Source of the DNA: a bacterium
GTDB taxonomy: Bacteria; Babelota; Babeliae; Babelales; RVW-14
Reading direction: 5' to 3'
NCBI GenBank assembly: GCA_016699045.1
Contig: CP064957.1
Span: forward strand, 799,613-863,612
Length of the DNA stretch: 64,000 nucleotides
In this document: positions 56,849-64,000 of the stretch, one piece after another
Numbering within the stretch: the stretch's first letter is position 1
How the letters are laid out: each line of letters starts with the position of its first letter
The notes under the pieces: generated by a model
Told to the model about the DNA's origin: nothing
Database searches by the model: none
The model's input: only the letters and a program-made list of their open reading frames with translations
Made by a program: the position numbers and the translations under genes

Positions 56849-58165
56849 ATGTTGTTTGGTTATTCAGTTAAAGAATTGAGCGAAACCGTTCTTTTAGTAC
56901 CGCTCGTGGCCCTTTTTTTTGGTAGTATTTTTTTATCATTTAAGACTGGCTTTGTACAAGTGCGTATGTTGCCGTACATGGTGCGGTTGCTTTTTAGAAG
57001 TCTTTTCAGAAAAAAACAAGAGGGTGAGCATACCGTCCTTGCTCACAAGGCGCTGTTTACTGCCATGTCGACAACCATTGGTATTGGCAATATTGTGTCG
57101 CCAGCCGTGGTAATCCGTCTTGGTGGGCCAGGTGCTTTGTTAGGTTTTTTGATCGCAATATTTTTTGGTGCGGCAACGAACTTTGTTGAAGTGACGCTGG
57201 CAATGCACTATCGAACTAAGCGTAAAGATGGTTCGTACAGCGGCGGCCCAATGGCGTATTTGAGTCAAGAATTTCATCCAAAATTGGCAACGATGTATGC
57301 ATTTTTTGCCGCAATTTTATTGATGGTTTGGTCGGGCAATCAAGCAAATACGTTGGCCGACATTTTGCATACGCACGGCATGCCAACTGGTGTTACTGGT
57401 TTGTTAATGGCAGGGTTGGTAACATTTTATTTGATGGGTGGTATTAAAAAAATTGGGAACTTATCAAGTACTTTGGTGCCATGCATGTTTGTGCTTTATT
57501 GTGGTGCGGCATTGTGGATTATTGCCCTGAATATTGGTCGCGTGCCTGCCATGTTGAGTTTGATGTTCCAATCATTTTTTACCCCTGCAGGTGCGTCTGG
57601 TATGCTTCTTGGTTATGGTTGGCAAAAGATGTTGCGTTGGGGTCTTGCGAATGGCATTTATGCAAGCGAGGCTGGTATTGGAACTGCTACCATTCCACAT
57701 TCAGAATCTGGTGGACAAAATGCTTTTGATCAAGGTGTTTTGTCGATGGTCAGTGCGTACTCAATTGGCTTTATTTGTTTGTTGAGTGGTTTGGTAGTTT
57801 TGTTAAGTGGCACCTGGGAAGATCCATCAGTTAGCCTGGGTATCAACATGGTGGCCGTTGCTTTTGCACAATATTTTCCATCAAGTTCAATTATTTTGGT
57901 TGCTAGTGTTTTCTTGTTTGCATTTGGTACCATTTTGGGCAACTCGTTTAATGGTAGCCAGTGCTACGTATATTTAACCAAAAAACGTGGTATGGGTTTT
58001 TATTATCTGCTTGTTGCAGCGATTGTTTATATCGGGTCAATTTTTGATGTAGAGTTATTGTGGACGATTAAAGATTTCTTTGTTGTACCGGTCGCATTGA
58101 TCAATTTATGTGCCATTATTATTTTGGCATGCAAGCGCAAAGATATATTTACGTTTAAACAATAA
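56849..58165 (+). CDS. alanine/glycine:cation symporter (AGCS family)
   Basis: TIGIGNIVSPAVVIRLGGPGALLGFLIAIFFGAATNFVEVTLAMHYR and ASEAGIGTATIPHS are AGCS family signatures. Confidence 0.8.
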   Translation: MLFGYSVKELSETVLLVPLVALFFGSIFLSFKTGFVQVRMLPYMVRLLFRSLFRKKQEGEHTVLAHKALFTAMSTTIGIGNIVSPAVVIRLGGPGALLGFLIAIFFGAATNFVEVTLAMHYRTKRKDGSYSGGPMAYLSQEFHPKLATMYAFFAAILLMVWSGNQANTLADILHTHGMPTGVTGLLMAGLVTFYLMGGIKKIGNLSSTLVPCMFVLYCGAALWIIALNIGRVPAMLSLMFQSFFTPAGASGMLLGYGWQKMLRWGLANGIYASEAGIGTATIPHSESGGQNAFDQGVLSMVSAYSIGFICLLSGLVVLLSGTWEDPSVSLGINMVAVAFAQYFPSSSIILVASVFLFAFGTILGNSFNGSQCYVYLTKKRGMGFYYLLVAAIVYIGSIFDVELLWTIKDFFVVPVALINLCAIIILACKRKDIFTFKQ

Positions 58166-58168
58166 TAA

Positions 58169-59473
58169 TTATGACCTAGTGTTGCCCAGTGAAATAAATT
58201 GAAGATCGCTTAAGTTTAGTAGTGTTGCGATGCGGATATTAAGCATCACTTCTTTGCTTACGGGTGCGCGCAGTTGTTTGATTGCAAGAGAAATATGAGG
58301 ATCTAAATTTTTTACATCAATCCCATAGCCGCCAAGAAAATCAGGAATTGCTGTGTGGAAAAGAGTGTCAAAAGACATGAGAATAATTTTATTTTTGTGA
58401 TATTCAAAATCAGCACTTTTTAATGGTCGACGAACAAATTTTATAAGGCCCAATGTTTCTTGAGTGTCGTTCGTGACTGTCCACGTTGTTACACTGGCCA
58501 TCATTTCAAGCTTTTGCTCGTTGGGGGTATGTAAAGAAAAAGTATCAGCCGTTTCAATCGATTTTCGTTCAAGAGTTAGTGTTTTATCTTCCCATTTAAA
58601 AATAAGTTTGTCGCCAATGCCAAGATTATCTTGATCACTCTTAATGAGCCATTCGGTTTTTGCATTTTCATGCTGATTAAGAAAGAGATCGATGATTGTA
58701 AAACTATAAATGCCTGAGCGTAAAAGCTGGCAGATATCATAGCCGCCATGGATATATATAATTTTTTTATTTTCTGCTGCTTTTTGCTTCAGTTCGTTGA
58801 TGCAATTTTCATGCCAACAATGCCAGCTTTCAACAGAAAAATTTTTCCACATGCCAACGTAAAAAAAACGCAAAATCGAATATTGCCATGTATTAAGATA
58901 AGCTCGATAACACATATTAAATGTGTTGACCCCAAAACATAATTCAAAGATGCGATTTGCTGCAGCAAGGGAATATGTCTTTTGTGCATGTGTAGATGAT
59001 TGTGCAAAAAACATCTCAAAAAGAATAGAATATTTTTCTACGGCAAGTTCTGCTCCATGTGTATCATGTTCAATCATCAATGTTTCAGGCGTTGACATGT
59101 GTAATGTTTGTAAAAAATCAATAAGTGCGGGGTCGCTGTTTTCTAAATAGTGATAGATTGTTGATAAGTTATTATAAAAAATAGGATTGATGGGTCGATC
59201 AAAAGGAACGCCATCTTGTCCGGTGAGTCTTGTAATAAATGGATAGGCTGAGTTAAGTGTGACAGCGTTACATTCGCATTGATGCTCAAATGCTTTGACA
59301 AAATCGTCATTGAGCTGGGTGCTCATGGTTGTTAGATTGCAGTCGGCATAGATCTTTTGTGTTAAAAATAAATCGCCAAAAACTTCCTGGGCCGTTTTTT
59401 CTACGCCAACAAGAGGAGGAAAAAATGCTAGCGAGAGCACAATCCTCAACAATGATTGTTTTATATTCTTCAT
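58169..59473 (-). CDS. hypothetical secreted protein (434 aa)
   Basis: Long clean ORF with signal peptide MKNIKQSLLRIVLSLAFFPPLVG. No recognisable domain. Confidence 0.55.
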   Translation of the reverse strand: MKNIKQSLLRIVLSLAFFPPLVGVEKTAQEVFGDLFLTQKIYADCNLTTMSTQLNDDFVKAFEHQCECNAVTLNSAYPFITRLTGQDGVPFDRPINPIFYNNLSTIYHYLENSDPALIDFLQTLHMSTPETLMIEHDTHGAELAVEKYSILFEMFFAQSSTHAQKTYSLAAANRIFELCFGVNTFNMCYRAYLNTWQYSILRFFYVGMWKNFSVESWHCWHENCINELKQKAAENKKIIYIHGGYDICQLLRSGIYSFTIIDLFLNQHENAKTEWLIKSDQDNLGIGDKLIFKWEDKTLTLERKSIETADTFSLHTPNEQKLEMMASVTTWTVTNDTQETLGLIKFVRRPLKSADFEYHKNKIILMSFDTLFHTAIPDFLGGYGIDVKNLDPHISLAIKQLRAPVSKEVMLNIRIATLLNLSDLQFISLGNTRS

Positions 59474-59590
59474 CTTTTTCTCCGTTCTTTTTGGGGGAAT
59501 AACAACAGAAAAAAGCGTATCGAATGTGGTTGGTTAATGCAACCCAAATTTTTAAATTATTTGAGTTGCATTGATTTTTTTAATAAAAAA

Positions 59591-60118
59591 TTAATCGAGG
59601 TTTAGTTCTTGTGCTAACTGAGCTAGTTCTTGGTCTAGTGCTGTTGTTAACAAATCGATAATGGTCTTAAATTTTTTTGCCATTTCTTGATTATATTTCG
59701 ACGGTACTCGTATCTCATCTCTGCCATTTTCTGTTTTACAAAGTACGGTTTGATAAAGCATATAGCTTTCGTAGCGTTCTCGAGCAATCATGAGCGGCGT
59801 TCTACCAGAGCCATCAACTTCATTAAGCTGAGTATCTGATTCTATGAGAAGCTTAACAATATTAGCATTGCCTGAAAAACAAGCGAGATGAATTGGTTGT
59901 GATTGTGAGATATTTTTTGCGTAGATATCATCTTTGTTTAGAAATAACAACATCTCGACCTCGCCTTCATTTGGGCGTGCGCATGCAAGATGTAGTGGAG
60001 TATTGCGGTAAAGATCTTGAGGTGCTTTTGCAGGTTTTTTTGCGGTTGCTTGTAGTGATCCTTGTGAATAGGTTGCAAAAAAAGCTGCCATAAAAAAATA
60101 ACCATATTTTTTGATCAT
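59591..60118 (-). CDS. ankyrin-repeat protein with signal peptide
   Basis: NTPLHLACARPNEGEVEMLL, SQPIHLACFSGNANIVKLLIESDTQLN and GRTPLMIA repeats. N-terminus MIKKYGYFFMAAFFATYSQGSLQA. Confidence 0.85.
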   Translation of the reverse strand: MIKKYGYFFMAAFFATYSQGSLQATAKKPAKAPQDLYRNTPLHLACARPNEGEVEMLLFLNKDDIYAKNISQSQPIHLACFSGNANIVKLLIESDTQLNEVDGSGRTPLMIARERYESYMLYQTVLCKTENGRDEIRVPSKYNQEMAKKFKTIIDLLTTALDQELAQLAQELNLD

Positions 60119-60147
60119 AATTTTGTTTGTCCTTGATGTTTTAAGTT

Positions 60148-61342
<1,195 letters not shown>

Positions 61343-61359
61343 GTGATTCACTTTGTAGG

Positions 61360-61992
61360 TTAAAACACCAAGCTTCGTAATACGTTTTCGGCAATAATGA
61401 TCAATTGTACCAGAAGAGTGCGCGTTTGTGGTAATAAAAATATAAATAAAATGAAAAAAATTGAATACTCATAAAGCAAGGTAACAAGGTGTGGGTGGTG
61501 TTTCATGAGTAATGCGATAATGACATGGCTGCCGTCAAGTGGTGGAATGGGCAGCATATTAAAAACGCCCAGCATAAGATTAACATACGCTGTTGCCTGA
61601 ATAATTTGAATGAATGTTAAACCAATTGCGATTGAAAAGAATCCCGTTGGAAAATAAGCCAACATATAAAAACACATCAGTGCGAGCGCGAAATTTGAGA
61701 GTGGTCCAGCAAGTGCAGTCAAGATGGCGTATAAGCGGGGATGTTTAAAATTACGCTGATCAAAGATAACCGGCTTGGCCCAGCCAATTTTAAAAACCAT
61801 TAAAAAAAGTAATCCGATTGGATCGATGTGTGCGAGTGGATTGAGGGTAAGGCGGCCTTGGCGGCGGGCAGTATTATCGCCCAGCAACGTTGCTGCTAGT
61901 GCGTGTGAGCATTCATGTACCGACAAAGAAATTAAAAAAGCAGGAAGCATAATTGCAAGTTGTGCAAAAAAACCTACGCTTGGATTCAACAT
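61360..61992 (-). CDS. site-2 protease family (peptidase M50) membrane metalloprotease
   Basis: HExxH (VHECSHALAA), LNPLAHIDPIG and NMLPIPPLDGSHV motifs in a polytopic membrane protein. Confidence 0.8.
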   Translation of the reverse strand: MLNPSVGFFAQLAIMLPAFLISLSVHECSHALAATLLGDNTARRQGRLTLNPLAHIDPIGLLFLMVFKIGWAKPVIFDQRNFKHPRLYAILTALAGPLSNFALALMCFYMLAYFPTGFFSIAIGLTFIQIIQATAYVNLMLGVFNMLPIPPLDGSHVIIALLMKHHPHLVTLLYEYSIFFILFIFLLPQTRTLLVQLIIIAENVLRSLVF

Positions 61993-62000
61993 AATTGTTC

Positions 62001-62726
62001 CTAAAATAACAGACGAAACATACCTTGCTTAATAAAGTTACTTGCGACAGAAAGAAGCCCCCACCACACATGGCTTACGATTGGTACCACAAACAGTATC
62101 ATAATGATAATGAGAGAATATTCTTCAAGCCACGAAATGATAAAGCGCTTGTTGTAAGGCAAGCAATAGTAAAAAATGTATCCCGCATCAAATGGTGGGA
62201 TTGGTACTAAATCGAGCACGCCAAACCAAATACCAATATCGATGATGCCATTTAAAATTTCTAAAAATGTTAAGGCAGCGTAGGGAGGCAGGTTACTAAA
62301 AGGTATAAAGCGTAAAAATGCCAACGCAACAAAAGCAAGCAAGAAATTTCCAATGGAGCCAGCCAAGCAGGTCATGATGCCACCAAATTTGTAATGTTTG
62401 AAATTGCTGTCATCAATAGGAACATCGATAGTCCAGCGCACGCCAAGAGCGAGTAACATAAAAAGTAATAATTGGCGCTGAATAGAACCAGATAAGATAC
62501 TGCCAATTAAAAAAAATAAAATAATAAAGATACTCATGCCGACAATATCAAGATGAACCAGAGGATTCAAGCTTAAAAAGCCGTGGCGTTGTGGCGTGTT
62601 ATCGCCCATCATAAAAGCCATAAGTGCTTTGAAAAAACCACGAAAGGTAAAAACAAGAAGGAAGATTGGAAAGAGTAGAGCTAGTTCATTGATCAAGCCC
62701 AAAAAATGTGGTGATACCATTGTCAT
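62001..62726 (-). CDS. M50-like membrane protein lacking the HExxH zinc site (probable pseudoprotease)
   Basis: Collinear with the downstream M50 gene (GDNTPQRHGFLSLNPLVHLDIVG, LVPIPPFDAGY). GFFKA replaces HECSH and DA replaces DG. Confidence 0.7.
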   Translation of the reverse strand: MTMVSPHFLGLINELALLFPIFLLVFTFRGFFKALMAFMMGDNTPQRHGFLSLNPLVHLDIVGMSIFIILFFLIGSILSGSIQRQLLLFMLLALGVRWTIDVPIDDSNFKHYKFGGIMTCLAGSIGNFLLAFVALAFLRFIPFSNLPPYAALTFLEILNGIIDIGIWFGVLDLVPIPPFDAGYIFYYCLPYNKRFIISWLEEYSLIIIMILFVVPIVSHVWWGLLSVASNFIKQGMFRLLF

Positions 62727-62917
62727 ACCCTAAAAATTCAAAATGTCGCACAATACCATCAAAACTCAAAGATTAAGCAAGTTTAGCTTGATGGTCAAAT
62801 ATCTTGAAAATAATACAGATCTTATTTTTATTCGACATCTTCTTTTTTTGGATTAGAATTTTCGGTAGAGAGCAATGACCCGAATGAAGAGCTTGAGAAA
62901 AACAAGGAGAAGATGCG

Positions 62918-64000
62918 ATGATGAAGAAGAAAAAGAAAAATGATCATATTGTTGATCAAGTTAGCGGCTCCGCCTACGGTACGGCGGCAAGTGAGCGCGA
63001 ATTGACGTTATGGGAAAAAATTCTTCCCCCTGCTGTTCTGAGCATTTTGACACTTATTATTTATGCGCCATCGCTCAGCTACCCCTTTCAATTTGATGAC
63101 ATTGCCAACATTACTAAAAAGTTTGCTATTCGCTTTGACAATCCATTGGGCCGTTGGTGGACCAACTCTCGTTGGTTTGGTGATTGGTTGAATACGCTTA
63201 ATTTTCAAATTGGTCGATTTGATCCTTTTTCGTATCGTCTTTTTAACGTTTTAATTCACGTAGCAACTGGTGTTTTTGTGTTCTTTTTGGTATTGAGTCT
63301 GAGTCGCAAAATTAAAGGATTTTTGCATGACAATGCACTGTTGATTGCCACAACAACCTCTGCACTCTTTTTGCTTCATCCTGTTCAATCGCAAACAGTA
63401 AGTTATGTAATTCAAGCGCGTATTGAAGGTTTGGCAACATTATTTATTGTTGCAACAGTAACCCTTTTTGTGCAGGCATTTACGACGAAAAGTCAAATAC
63501 AAAAATGGTCCTTCTTGGCGCTTTCGCTGATTATTGGCTTTTTTTCGTGCGGCACCAAAGAAATTGTTATTGTGTTGCCGTTCTTGTTGCTGATCACTGA
63601 CTGGTTTTTTGTTGCTCAACAAAAATGGTCAAGTTTTAAAACGCGTTTGTGGGTGCACGCATTATTTACCGTTTTTATTATCGGTTTGATGATGCATTAT
63701 TTGGGCGTTGGTTTTGCTAAGCAAGTTGTCTCGCTTGATACTGCTACCACTAATAATCGTGGAAATGTGTTAACAGTTGAGCCATTGGATGATATTACGC
63801 CCTACATGTTTTTTATTTCTGAATTTAAAGTAATTTTGCATTACATATTTATTTTCCTAATGCCGATTGGCATCAGTGTTGAATATGATTGGAAGTTAGT
63901 AAAAGGATTTTTGGCAATTGATGCCCTTTTTCCATTTTTAGCATTGTTAGCCCTTGGTTTGTATGTTTTATGGGCAACGATAAAAAAACGGCATACATTT
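62918..64000 (+). CDS. GT-C fold membrane glycosyltransferase, TMTC/PMT-like (3' end outside the window)
   Basis: This open frame is not in the ORF track because it has no stop in the window. AAGGAGA RBS. MMKKKKKNDH..., then YAPSLSYPFQFDDIANI followed by at least 8 TM helices. This pattern occurs in bacterial TMTC/DUF1736-type proteins that usually end in TPR repeats. Confidence 0.5.
   Translation, partial: MMKKKKKNDHIVDQVSGSAYGTAASERELTLWEKILPPAVLSILTLIIYAPSLSYPFQFDDIANITKKFAIRFDNPLGRWWTNSRWFGDWLNTLNFQIGRFDPFSYRLFNVLIHVATGVFVFFLVLSLSRKIKGFLHDNALLIATTTSALFLLHPVQSQTVSYVIQARIEGLATLFIVATVTLFVQAFTTKSQIQKWSFLALSLIIGFFSCGTKEIVIVLPFLLLITDWFFVAQQKWSSFKTRLWVHALFTVFIIGLMMHYLGVGFAKQVVSLDTATTNNRGNVLTVEPLDDITPYMFFISEFKVILHYIFIFLMPIGISVEYDWKLVKGFLAIDALFPFLALLALGLYVLWATIKKRHTF

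Overview
This is a gene-dense (about 90% coding), moderately AT-rich bacterial chromosome segment from a diderm. It has two Omp85/BamA-family barrels, SurA-like chaperones and an LptA-like protein. I saw no rRNA, tRNA, CRISPR array, transposase or integrase.

Housekeeping genes: nrdAB, ppsA, rsmA, rsmE, tsaB, gpmI, mutL, tyrS, membrane pyrophosphatase hppA, bioY and ssrA (tmRNA).

Envelope and sugar genes: wecB-wecC, a fused oxidoreductase, glycosyltransferases, a TMTC-like GT-C enzyme and an MscK-like channel.

Transporters are abundant: three paralogous APC permeases, an alanine:cation symporter and BioY.

Mixed in are eukaryote-like proteins that all carry Sec-type signal peptides: three ankyrin-repeat proteins, a PPP-family Ser/Thr phosphatase and a USP (C19) deubiquitinase; an adjacent GNAT acetyltransferase also carries one. 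This suggests a host-associated, probably intracellular, lifestyle such as an amoeba symbiont or a Dependentiae-like lineage. That is inference only.

Most notable observations:
1. The phosphatase and the deubiquitinase share a conserved Ala/Leu/Lys-rich C-terminal helix, which is partly present on one ankyrin protein.
2. An atpI-like/atpB/atpE module has no b or F1 genes nearby, and its c subunit is a four-fold hairpin fusion in which all four ion-binding Glu residues are retained.
3. One ankyrin protein ends in a Ras-like Cys cluster plus a CaaX box (CSVQ).
4. Five genes are interrupted by 1-nt shortfalls in A/T runs: essential tyrS (twice), ppsA, mltA and a coiled-coil protein. The pattern points to homopolymer assembly errors or slippage-prone tracts rather than ordinary gene decay. 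mltA also carries an in-frame TGA.
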